Below are positions 31,690 through 41,122 of a stretch of 64,000 nucleotides of DNA, in pieces; positions within the stretch are counted from its first letter, which is position 1; each line of letters opens with the position of its first letter. The notes beneath the pieces are model-generated. The model worked only from the letters and a program-made list of their open reading frames with translations. It ran no database searches and was not told the DNA's origin. The translations under genes were made by a program, and so were the position numbers. Source of the DNA: Promethearchaeota archaeon. Its GTDB lineage: Archaea > Asgardarchaeota > Lokiarchaeia > Sigyniarchaeales > SOKP01. The stretch lies in the NCBI GenBank assembly GCA_016840085.1, contig JAEOTA010000086.1, positions 128,001-192,000 on the forward strand, written 5' to 3'.

Positions 31690-32652
31690 TTAAAAATTTG
31701 AAATAGCTTCTTTTAATTCTTTAATATTAGGAATACCATTTCTTGCCCCTAACTCTTGAATACATTTACCAGCAACAAAATTTCCAATTTTTGTATTATA
31801 CCTAAGATTATTAAAATCGTACTTTAGGTTTTGTAAAAAACCATAAATAAATCCGGCGGAAAAAACATCTCCCGCTCCTGTTGTATCTACTATATTCTCA
31901 ATTTTAATTGAAGGAATTAACACAGAATTTGATCGAGTAAATAATGATGCCCCGCATTCTCCTCTCGTTACTACAATAACCTTTATTCCTAAATTAGTAA
32001 GATTTTTCATTTGTGCTTCAATAATTTTTGAATCAAATTTTTTGATTTTAATCTTCATAAGTGTTGAGAATTCTCTTTGAGATAATATTAGAATATCGGT
32101 ATTTTCAAGTAATTGTATAATATTATCAAAACCATAGTTAATTATTAACATTCCGGGGTTTAAAATAACTGGAATTCTATTTTTTCTTCCATATTTTGCA
32201 GCTTCTATGAATGGTTCTAGATTTTTCAAACTACTTAAAAATATAACTTTTGTATGCATCAGTTCTTTTTCTAAAATATCTTTTTTTGATAAGTAATTAG
32301 CTGCTCCGCTATGTGCATAAATTCTCCGATCCCCTTCTTTATTTAGAGCCACATAAGCACAACCTGTCTCTTTTTCTTTAGAATATTTAATTAATTCAGT
32401 GGATACTCGAAATTCTTTAAAATCTTGGATGATTTTAGCTCTAAATGAATCTTCAAAACCCAATTTACCTAAAAAAGCAGAGGATAAACCTAATTTGGCG
32501 CAAACACATGCTGTATTAGCAGCAGCCCCTCCTGAAAATAAATTTAAATCAGATACAAAAACCTCATCATCATCTTCGGGATGTCTCTCAACTTGAGCGA
32601 CAATATCAACTAAAGCTGCTCCTATGCAAATAACGTCAAAATATTCAATCAT
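31690..32652 (-). CDS. PfkB/ribokinase-family kinase
   Basis: GGAAANTA, VTRGECGA, DTTGAGDVFSAG. Confidence 0.93.
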   Translation of the reverse strand: MIEYFDVICIGAALVDIVAQVERHPEDDDEVFVSDLNLFSGGAAANTACVCAKLGLSSAFLGKLGFEDSFRAKIIQDFKEFRVSTELIKYSKEKETGCAYVALNKEGDRRIYAHSGAANYLSKKDILEKELMHTKVIFLSSLKNLEPFIEAAKYGRKNRIPVILNPGMLIINYGFDNIIQLLENTDILILSQREFSTLMKIKIKKFDSKIIEAQMKNLTNLGIKVIVVTRGECGASLFTRSNSVLIPSIKIENIVDTTGAGDVFSAGFIYGFLQNLKYDFNNLRYNTKIGNFVAGKCIQELGARNGIPNIKELKEAISNF

Positions 32653-32663
32653 TTTATATTTTT

Positions 32664-33845
32664 CTAATTATATTTGAAAGAACCAAATTCTGAATTTATT
32701 TCAACAAGGTTTTTATTCTTAGATGCTGATTTCTCGCAATGTCCGATAATTTTAGACTCTACATTGAACTTTTTAGCTATTCTTTGGATATCCTTAGCAA
32801 TTGATTCTTCACAAAATAATTCCATTCTGTGCCCCATATTAAATACACTATACATTTCTTTCCATTGAGTTTCGGAAGAATTTTGTATTATTTCAAAAAT
32901 TTTAGGAAGGGAAAATAAATTATTTTTAACATAATTTATACCTTTACCATAATTCACGTTCTTAGTTTGCCCCCCTCCTGTATTATGTATTATTCCATGG
33001 ATTTCTTTTCTATATCTTTTTAAAATCTCTGTTAAAATTGGGGCATATGTTCTCGTTGGTGATAATAGTGCTTTTCCAACCGATAAATTGATTTCTTTTA
33101 TCATATCTGTCAGTTTATATTTACCAAAAAATACAAGCTTTTCATCAAGATTTTGATCATAGCATTCGGGATATTTTTCAAAATATTCGTGAGAGAGAGT
33201 GCCATGTCTTGCTAGTGTTAACCCATTACTTCCAATTCCACTATTATATTCATCTTCATATAATGCCTTTCCAAAACTAGCAATACCAACAATCACATCA
33301 TTACTTTTGATGTTTTTTACGTCAATTACATCTGATCTTTTCATGTTAGTGAATACAGAAGCATCTACCATGACGGTTTTGACGATATCTCCAACATCTG
33401 CAGTTTCGCCTCCACACATAATAACATTTAAGCCTAATTCACTCAATTTTTTACTATACTCATAATATTCATCAATAATCGTTGCTATAACTTCGCCAGA
33501 AATAAATTTACTATTCCTTCCAAGATTATTAGATAAAAACATACATCCTGTCGCACCAACGCATAATATATCATCAATATTCATTATGATTGCATCTCGG
33601 ACGACTCCTCTAAAAATGTCCATATCACCAGTTTCTCTAAAATACATATAGGCTAAACTTGATTTAGTTCCTGCTCCATCTGCATGGAAGATAGAACAAT
33701 AATCCTTCCTGTCGTTTACATCTTCTACAATCTTACAAAATGATCCTGGAAAAATTCCTTTATCAAACTTTTCAATTGCTTTATGAACATCTTTTTTTTT
33801 AGATGATACACCCAATTGAGAATAAATATTATCGTTTTCGCCCAT
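32664..33845 (-). CDS. purM: AIR synthetase (long PurM form)
   Basis: YSQLGVS, HADGAGTK, GGETAD, SNGLTLARH, HNTGGG, VFNMG. Confidence 0.92.
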   Translation of the reverse strand: MGENDNIYSQLGVSSKKKDVHKAIEKFDKGIFPGSFCKIVEDVNDRKDYCSIFHADGAGTKSSLAYMYFRETGDMDIFRGVVRDAIIMNIDDILCVGATGCMFLSNNLGRNSKFISGEVIATIIDEYYEYSKKLSELGLNVIMCGGETADVGDIVKTVMVDASVFTNMKRSDVIDVKNIKSNDVIVGIASFGKALYEDEYNSGIGSNGLTLARHGTLSHEYFEKYPECYDQNLDEKLVFFGKYKLTDMIKEINLSVGKALLSPTRTYAPILTEILKRYRKEIHGIIHNTGGGQTKNVNYGKGINYVKNNLFSLPKIFEIIQNSSETQWKEMYSVFNMGHRMELFCEESIAKDIQRIAKKFNVESKIIGHCEKSASKNKNLVEINSEFGSFKYN

Positions 33846-33853
33846 AATTTCAA

Positions 33854-35212
33854 TTATAATTTATGTTTCTCTTTTAAATTTTTAAGTAAATTTTCAGTTT
33901 GCTCAAGTGCTTTTCCAATATAGTTATAAGGATTGAATAGCTCTTCTAATTCTTTTTTTGAAAATAACTTTTTAATTTGCTCATTCTCAAATAAAATATC
34001 TTTCATAAATCTATTTTCATTCCTGGCTTTTATTGCAGCTTGTCTTAAAATTTCATGCCCTTCCTGTCTTCCTATCCCTTTATTTACTAATTTTATCATC
34101 GCTTTTTCAGTTAAGCATGCACCTTTAGTAAGATTAAGATTTTCCTCGATATTATCTTCATTGAATTCAATTCCTCTAAGATTTTGGGTTAATTGGTTAA
34201 TCATATAATCTAATAATATGAAATTTTCTGCAAAAATTATTCTTTCCGATGCCGAATTTGTTATATCCCTTTCATCTTCTAAAATTATATTATCTAAAGC
34301 AGGAATAACGTTAGATTTCAGGATCCTTGCTAAACTACATATTCTTTCTGATTTATGGGGATTTCTTTTATGAGGCATTGTTGAGCTACCTACTTGATCT
34401 TTTTTAAAAGGCTCAAACATTTCTGCTATTTCATTTCTTTGTAAAACTCTATTTTCTCTCGCGATTTTTGCTAATGACTGTCCGATTAATGCAGTTACGA
34501 GAATTACTTCAGCATGTCTATCTCTTTGAATAATTTGATTTGCAATCAGTACAGGATTTAAGTTAAGAGTCTTCATTAATTTTTTTTGTATTTGAATTCC
34601 TTTATCATCAAAGCTAGCCATAGTTCCAACAGCTCCTGACATTTTACCAAATGATATGCGATCTAATACTTCAGAAATTCTATCAAGATGTCTATCTATT
34701 TCATATGCCCATACCCCAAACCTCATACCGTATGTAGTAGGAACTGCATGTTGCCCATGTGTTCTCCCAATACAAACTAATTTCTTTTTTTCTTCAGTAA
34801 TCTTTATTAATTCAGCTAATAAATCCATTAATGATTCTTTAATATGAAGTAATGCCTCTTTTAATTGTAAAGCTGTGGCAGTATCTTCAATATCATAACT
34901 GGTTGCTCCAAGATGAACATATTTACCAGCATCACCCTCACATTGTTCTGACAAAGCTTTAACCATTGCCATTAAATCATGATGAATTTCAAGATCAATT
35001 TCTTTTACTCTTTCTAATTTTACATAATTAATATTAGCTTTTTTAGTGATCTCCTGAGCAATTTTTTCAGGGAAATTTCCCAAATCTGCATGAACTTGAG
35101 CTAATGCTGCTTCTACTTTCATCCAGTTTTCTAGCTTCTTCTCCTCAGTGAATAGAGTCGCTATACCAGTTCGATAACGTGTTTCTATAGGGTGAATAAA
35201 TTTATGATCCAT
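33854..35212 (-). CDS. purB: Adenylosuccinate lyase
   Basis: HLGATSYD, GRTHGQHA, GSSTMPHKRNP. Confidence 0.96.
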   Translation of the reverse strand: MDHKFIHPIETRYRTGIATLFTEEKKLENWMKVEAALAQVHADLGNFPEKIAQEITKKANINYVKLERVKEIDLEIHHDLMAMVKALSEQCEGDAGKYVHLGATSYDIEDTATALQLKEALLHIKESLMDLLAELIKITEEKKKLVCIGRTHGQHAVPTTYGMRFGVWAYEIDRHLDRISEVLDRISFGKMSGAVGTMASFDDKGIQIQKKLMKTLNLNPVLIANQIIQRDRHAEVILVTALIGQSLAKIARENRVLQRNEIAEMFEPFKKDQVGSSTMPHKRNPHKSERICSLARILKSNVIPALDNIILEDERDITNSASERIIFAENFILLDYMINQLTQNLRGIEFNEDNIEENLNLTKGACLTEKAMIKLVNKGIGRQEGHEILRQAAIKARNENRFMKDILFENEQIKKLFSKKELEELFNPYNYIGKALEQTENLLKNLKEKHKL

Positions 35213-35478
35213 ATTATCTTTCTTCTTCTTTTAATTAATACTTAAAATAATGATTCATCAAAACATATATCTTATTTTATTAGGGAAAAAATAATTTCAA
35301 TTTGGTTTAAACAAATTTTTTCATGTTATAATTAGATATAATTAATGAAACCGTTCAAATTGGTTTTTTCCTTTTTCATCAATATATTTTTTTTTCAAAT
35401 CTAATAAATTAATAAAAAAATTAGAAAATTTTTTGACCACTATGAATTATATCATTAAGGTGATTTATTAGTTGTTGT

Positions 35479-35676
35479 ATGAGTACTGGGCAAAAATTCT
35501 TCTTTTTTAGATGCTCCCATTGCGGTGAATGGTATTATACGAATCGAATAATTAAGGTTAAGAAATGCTGGAAGTGCAATCATTCCTTCTTATTTAAAAA
35601 CGCCTCTAAATTCTCTAAGATATGCTCTATGAATGGTGCAATCGCAATTATTAAACAGCTTAAGAATAGACTATAA
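35479..35676 (+). CDS. Small zinc-ribbon protein (DUF1922-like)
   Basis: FRCSHCG...KKCWKC. Confidence 0.75.
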   Translation: MSTGQKFFFFRCSHCGEWYYTNRIIKVKKCWKCNHSFLFKNASKFSKICSMNGAIAIIKQLKNRL

Positions 35677-35822
35677 ATATTTATTTTGAAATTAAGTGGC
35701 AATTTAGAAATTTATTTAAAAAACAAAAGTATTTAGCTATTCTTCCACAATTCTTTTATGGTAAATTATTAAACAATACACTATTCCTTTATAAATAAAT
35801 AATAAATTGAAAAAAAATCAAA

Positions 35823-37274
35823 ATGGAGATAACTGATAATCTAAATGAAATAGATGAAACACTAATTAAAGATTTAAATAATATTGCTCACGATAAAGTT
35901 GATTATTGGGATATTAGAGCAGGCGTACATCAAGGAATCACATTAGATTTTACAGATCAAAGAAGTAAAGAAATCTCCTCTTATGAAATAACTGAATGTG
36001 GGTTAAGAGCTTTCTATAATGGGGGTTGGGGTTTTTATGTTTTAAAAGATCTGAATAGAAAAACTATAACTGATGGATTTTTAAAAGTAACAAAATTAGC
36101 TAGATTATCAGAATCTCTATGTAAGAATAAATTTAAAATAAAGAATTGTGATCCCTTAATTCAGAATTTTAAAATCGATTGTAAAAAGAAATTAGAAGAT
36201 ATCGATATTAAAGATAAAATAAAGCTTGTAAAATATCACGAAAAAACTGCTGTTGGCCATTCTTCAAAAATAAAAAATACACATACTATATATCTTGATG
36301 GTCATACTCTAAACAAGTTTATTAATTCCTATGGAAGTGATATTTCACAAGATTTATCTTTTATTAGGATTTTTTGTTCTGTTTATGCACAAGAGAAGGG
36401 AATTATCCAAAGGTCCATAAATTCTACAGGAGGAATAGGAGGTTTTGAAATAACCCAGACAGAAAAAGCTGAAAATTTGAGTTTAAAGACAGCCCAAGAA
36501 GCAGTTGATTTATTAAAGGCAAAATCGCCAATTGGAGGTAAATTTACCATTATAACTGATCCCAAATTAACAGGAACCATAATGCATGAAGCATTCGGTC
36601 ATGCATGTGAGGCAGATTTAGTTTTAAACAATGAGAGTATACTAAAAGATAAACTTGGTGAAAAAGTTGCTTCTGAAGAAGTTACATTTGTAGATGATCC
36701 TACAATGGGCTATGGAAAAAAATTCAATCTACCCTATGAATTGTTTGGAAGTTACTATATAGATGATGAGGGAATTCCATCCCAAAAGACTTTTATTATC
36801 GAAAATGGAGTATTACAAAATTTTTTACATAATTTGGAAACATCTTCAAGAATGAAAGTAATCCCAAATGGACATGGAAGGGCTTCTTCAAATTCTTCAA
36901 GACCCCAAGTAAGGATGGGTTTTACATTTTTAGAGCCAAGAGACTGGAATGTTGAAGAAATAATTGAAGATACTAAAAATGGGATTCTTTGCGAAGATTT
37001 TCAATATGGTTATACAGACCCATCAACAGGAAATTTTCAATTTAAATGTAAATTTTCATATAAGATTAAAAATGGTGAAAAGAAAGAACTGATGAGAGAT
37101 GTCGCGCTAGCGGGAATGATTCTTGAAGCTCTAAATAACATTTCAGCAATAGGTAATAAACAATCTTTTAATTACTCTGATGGCATGTGTGGAAAAGGAG
37201 GTCAAAGTGTAAGGGTATGTGATGGTGGACCTTATATTCGTATAGATGATGTTACAGTTGGAGGTTTAAACTGA
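35823..37274 (+). CDS. tldD: TldD metalloprotease
   Basis: HEAFGHACEAD, DDEG, NGHGR, CGKGGQ. Confidence 0.93.
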   Translation: MEITDNLNEIDETLIKDLNNIAHDKVDYWDIRAGVHQGITLDFTDQRSKEISSYEITECGLRAFYNGGWGFYVLKDLNRKTITDGFLKVTKLARLSESLCKNKFKIKNCDPLIQNFKIDCKKKLEDIDIKDKIKLVKYHEKTAVGHSSKIKNTHTIYLDGHTLNKFINSYGSDISQDLSFIRIFCSVYAQEKGIIQRSINSTGGIGGFEITQTEKAENLSLKTAQEAVDLLKAKSPIGGKFTIITDPKLTGTIMHEAFGHACEADLVLNNESILKDKLGEKVASEEVTFVDDPTMGYGKKFNLPYELFGSYYIDDEGIPSQKTFIIENGVLQNFLHNLETSSRMKVIPNGHGRASSNSSRPQVRMGFTFLEPRDWNVEEIIEDTKNGILCEDFQYGYTDPSTGNFQFKCKFSYKIKNGEKKELMRDVALAGMILEALNNISAIGNKQSFNYSDGMCGKGGQSVRVCDGGPYIRIDDVTVGGLN

Positions 37275-38651
37275 ATGGAACAGAATTCTGATCCATACCA
37301 ACTAGCTCATTATGGGTTGAAATTAATTGGAAAAAAATCATCAGAGATTAAATGTGCGGAAATTTTCTTTGAGAAAAATAGATATGTTAATATTGAAATT
37401 GAAGAGAATTCAATAAAAAATAGTGAACTCGGAGAAGATTTTGGATTTTCAATTAGAGTTATCAATACAAAAGGCTCATTGGGATTTGCTTTTACTAATA
37501 AAATTGAGAAAAAAGCTATGGAGAAAATTTTAGATTTTTCAATTAAGATGATGAGAGCCGGGACGGTGGATCCTGATTTTCGGAATTTGCCTGATTCTAT
37601 AAATAAATATCCCGTCATTAAGGATTTGTTTGATAAAAATATAAAGAATTTACAAATAAAAGACTCAATAAACTTTGTTAAAGATTTAATAAAAGTATGT
37701 GAAGAAGATCAATTAGCTATATCTCAGACTGGCAGTTTTATATCAAATTATTCAAAGACTTATATTTTTAATTCTAATGGTTTAGAAGTATCTGGAAAGG
37801 ATACAAGCTGTTCAGTGTCTTCACATATTATTGTTAAAGATAAAATAAGTAAAGACACTTCATTTGGGTATGAATGGCAATCAGAAAGAAATCTTAAAAA
37901 CATAAATTCTACTGAAACAGCAAAAAATGCTTTAGAAGATGCGAAAAAAAACCTAAATCGGAAAAAAATAAGAAATATGAAAGTTCCCTTAATTTTAACT
38001 CCTAAAGGCACAATAAATTTAATTTTAAGACCAATAGCTTCAGCTTTAAATGCAGAAACTTTTCAACATAAAAGATGTTTTCTCTTTGACAAAAGAGATG
38101 AAATTATAGGTTCACAATACTTAAATATTGAAGATAATGGATTAATAGATGGAGCTATTGGATCATCTATTTTTGATGGTGAAGGAGTTCCCTGTAAAAA
38201 TAAAAAAATTTTCACTGAAGGAAAACTATTAAAGACTGGATTATTACATAATAGTTATACTGCTGGAAAAGAATCTGTTGAAAGTACGGGTAATGCCTCT
38301 CGAAATTCTTATAGCTCTATTCCCTCTATTGGGATATCAAATTTCATTATGAAAATGGGTGATATAAGTATTAAGGAAATAATCGGAGATTTAAAAGAAG
38401 CAATTATTTTAGACTATACTGGAGATTCACCTAATATAACTACTGGTGATTTTTCTGGCTTGATACTTCATGGAAACATAATTAAAAATGGAGAAATTAA
38501 GAACCCTTTAAATGAGACTATGATAGGGATTAATCTAATGGATTTATTTCAAAAAATAGATGCTGTTTCTAAAGAAATGAAGATATATGGCTCCTTTCAA
38601 GCCCCATATGTTAAAGTAAAAGATGTGCAAATTATTGGTGGAGCAAACTGA
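37275..38651 (+). CDS. pmbA: TldE/PmbA
   Basis: FDGEG, STGNA, TGDFS; no HExxH; abuts tldD. Confidence 0.92.
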   Translation: MEQNSDPYQLAHYGLKLIGKKSSEIKCAEIFFEKNRYVNIEIEENSIKNSELGEDFGFSIRVINTKGSLGFAFTNKIEKKAMEKILDFSIKMMRAGTVDPDFRNLPDSINKYPVIKDLFDKNIKNLQIKDSINFVKDLIKVCEEDQLAISQTGSFISNYSKTYIFNSNGLEVSGKDTSCSVSSHIIVKDKISKDTSFGYEWQSERNLKNINSTETAKNALEDAKKNLNRKKIRNMKVPLILTPKGTINLILRPIASALNAETFQHKRCFLFDKRDEIIGSQYLNIEDNGLIDGAIGSSIFDGEGVPCKNKKIFTEGKLLKTGLLHNSYTAGKESVESTGNASRNSYSSIPSIGISNFIMKMGDISIKEIIGDLKEAIILDYTGDSPNITTGDFSGLILHGNIIKNGEIKNPLNETMIGINLMDLFQKIDAVSKEMKIYGSFQAPYVKVKDVQIIGGAN

Positions 38652-38708
38652 AGAAAAAGCAAAATAAAGAAAACAAGTTCACAGAAAGCAAATAAAATAT
38701 CTAGGAAA

Positions 38709-39251
38709 TTAAGCAGTAATATTTAATCTGAGATAGACATTATTATAGAATTTTATTAAACTTTCCTTACTAATTTGCCATAATTCAGTAATTATTAATT
38801 GATTTTCACCTATTTCTGAGAACGAGATGTTTAATTGTTCAGAAATCCAATTATCCTTATTTTTTAATGTAAAATTACCAATTATAAAGGCTAATGTACC
38901 ATTTGACTCCGTTGAGCTAGTTAATATGGTATTGTTATTACCTTTTTTAATTCTAAATTGAAATAAAAAATCTCTATTTAAGTGATTTCCAACAGAAACA
39001 TAAAAAAAAATAGTCTCATTAACAGATGCTTTAGTTGGATAGTTTTCTGCTCGTTTGTTTTCATTTAATATCCCCAATGTGACATAACCTGGTTCAGGAT
39101 TTAAAACATAGTAAATAATAAAACCTGAAACAATTGTTATTCCCAGAATTAAAGAAATTTTAAGCAATGCATCAAAATGTCTATAACTAGCATTTTGGTT
39201 AGTCTGTTTCTTATAATTATAAATTTTCGTCATTATCTTTAAACCACGCAA
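38709..39251 (-). CDS. DUF1616-like membrane-anchored protein
   Basis: One TM helix then LNENKRAENYP and VGNH, Ig-like; the true start is probably slightly downstream (MTKIY). Confidence 0.7.
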   Translation of the reverse strand: MRGLKIMTKIYNYKKQTNQNASYRHFDALLKISLILGITIVSGFIIYYVLNPEPGYVTLGILNENKRAENYPTKASVNETIFFYVSVGNHLNRDFLFQFRIKKGNNNTILTSSTESNGTLAFIIGNFTLKNKDNWISEQLNISFSEIGENQLIITELWQISKESLIKFYNNVYLRLNITA

Positions 39252-40287
39252 TAGTTTTTTTTAATCCTTCCTCTAGTGGTGTTGTTGGTTCCCAATTTAA
39301 TATTTCCTTTGCCAATGTTATATCTGGGCATCTACGTGAAGGATCATCAATAGGTAGCGATTTAAATACTATTTTTGAATTAGAATTTGTAAGTTTTTTT
39401 ATTATATTCGCCAATTCTAATACTGTATATTCGTTATTATTACCTAAATTTATTACTTCTCCAATTGCTTGATCCTTATATACTGTCTTAAGAATTCCTT
39501 CAATCTCATCCACAACATAGGTAAATGATCTAGTTTGAGAACCATCTCCAAAAACAGTTATATCTTCATCATGGAGAGCTTGGTGTATAAAGTTAGGAAT
39601 CACTCTTCCAAATTCAGGACCATGACGTATTCTAGGTCCTGAAGTATTGAAAATTCTTAAAATTTTTGTTCTTAATTTGTGTTGAAGCTCATATGCTTTT
39701 ACAAATGCCTCTCCAGCTCTTTTAGACTCATCATAGCAGCTTCTGGGTCCAACAGGATTTACATACCCAAAATAACTTTCCGGTGTAGGTACAACGTCCC
39801 TTGGGGGATTTCCATATACTTCAGACGTACTTGTATAAAAGAAGATTGCATTATGATGTTTTGCAATCCCTAAAGAATTTAATGTGCCTAATGTGTTACT
39901 TCTTAAAATATCTATAGGGTTATCCCTAAATTCAAAAGGAGAAGCTCTACTTGCCATATGCATAACTATATCAATTTTTTTAACATCACCTACACATATG
40001 CCTAAGGGATGATAGCTCATTCCCCAATATATTGGGTAGGATATGTCATGATTAATAAATCGAAAATTATCCCTGTCCATTAAATGCAAGATATTTTCAA
40101 AACGACCAGATGAGAGATTATCTAAACACACACAGTATGCATTTTGTTCTATCAAAACATCACAGATCCATGAACCAAGAAAACCTGCTCCTCCTGTCAC
40201 CAAAATTGTTTTCTCTTCAAAAGAAATACCTTCTTTTTTGAGGCGTGATTCAATCTCTTTAACATCCTCAAGCAAATTGTAATGCAT
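39217..40287 (-). CDS. UDP-glucuronate decarboxylase-like NAD-dependent epimerase/dehydratase
   Basis: TGGAGFLG, STSEVYG, GPRSCYDESKR, GSQTRSF, DDPSRRCPDI. Confidence 0.92.
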   Translation of the reverse strand: MHYNLLEDVKEIESRLKKEGISFEEKTILVTGGAGFLGSWICDVLIEQNAYCVCLDNLSSGRFENILHLMDRDNFRFINHDISYPIYWGMSYHPLGICVGDVKKIDIVMHMASRASPFEFRDNPIDILRSNTLGTLNSLGIAKHHNAIFFYTSTSEVYGNPPRDVVPTPESYFGYVNPVGPRSCYDESKRAGEAFVKAYELQHKLRTKILRIFNTSGPRIRHGPEFGRVIPNFIHQALHDEDITVFGDGSQTRSFTYVVDEIEGILKTVYKDQAIGEVINLGNNNEYTVLELANIIKKLTNSNSKIVFKSLPIDDPSRRCPDITLAKEILNWEPTTPLEEGLKKTIAWFKDNDENL

Positions 40288-40452
40288 TTATAATACCTAT
40301 TGGTGTTTATCAGTATATTTCTTCTTATTTACTTTTTTAAATAAAGTTTTCTTTAAGATTAACTCTTTTTTCAAAAATCAAAATATAAGAAATAATCTTA
40401 ACTTTAGAATTAGAAAAGAGGACATATTAGAAAATATAAATTATTGAATTAA

Positions 40453-41037
40453 TTAATCAGTTTTGGATCCACAATATTGACAAAATTTTAATTCTAATGG
40501 ATAATGTTTTCCGCAATTAGGGCATTTTTTTAGTGAATTCTTAAGAATTTCCCTCCCTAACATTTCAAAAGCTTTTTCTACATTTTCACCTGTTTTTGAG
40601 GATGTACCAAGCATATCTCCTTTAAATTTAAACTTTTCAAATATTTCTAAAGCATCTTCTCTTTTCACTTTTCTTTTTAAATCAATTTTAGCTTCAATTA
40701 ATATTTTTGTTTTAGGAGAATTTGGAACAGAAGAGATAACGTTTATCCAATCATAGAGATCATTTAAAGAATCTTTATTTGACACATCGTATAACATTAA
40801 AGCTCCAGACGCACCAGATACATAAGAAGGGAATAAAAGTCGGAATTTCTTTTCTCCAGCAAAATCCCAAATATTTAGAAGTATTTCTGTATCATCAACC
40901 ACTACTTTTTTCGTTTCAAAATCAACACCAATAGTTGATAATGTAGATATTTCGAATTTACCTGTTGCATACCGGCGGATTAAACTTGTCTTGCCTACAT
41001 TTTTAGCTCCAGCAACAACAACTTTAAATTTTATCAT
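40453..41037 (-). CDS. Rab-like small GTPase with C-terminal zinc ribbon
   Basis: GAKNVGKT, TIGVDF, WDFAGE, SSKTGENV, CPNC...CQYC. Confidence 0.93.
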   Translation of the reverse strand: MIKFKVVVAGAKNVGKTSLIRRYATGKFEISTLSTIGVDFETKKVVVDDTEILLNIWDFAGEKKFRLLFPSYVSGASGALMLYDVSNKDSLNDLYDWINVISSVPNSPKTKILIEAKIDLKRKVKREDALEIFEKFKFKGDMLGTSSKTGENVEKAFEMLGREILKNSLKKCPNCGKHYPLELKFCQYCGSKTD

Positions 41038-41122
41038 AACTCTGTTTTAAAATTATATAGAAAAATTATATCTCAATAAATTCAATAATATTATTAATTA
41101 TTGAAATGGTTAAAAATCTTTT

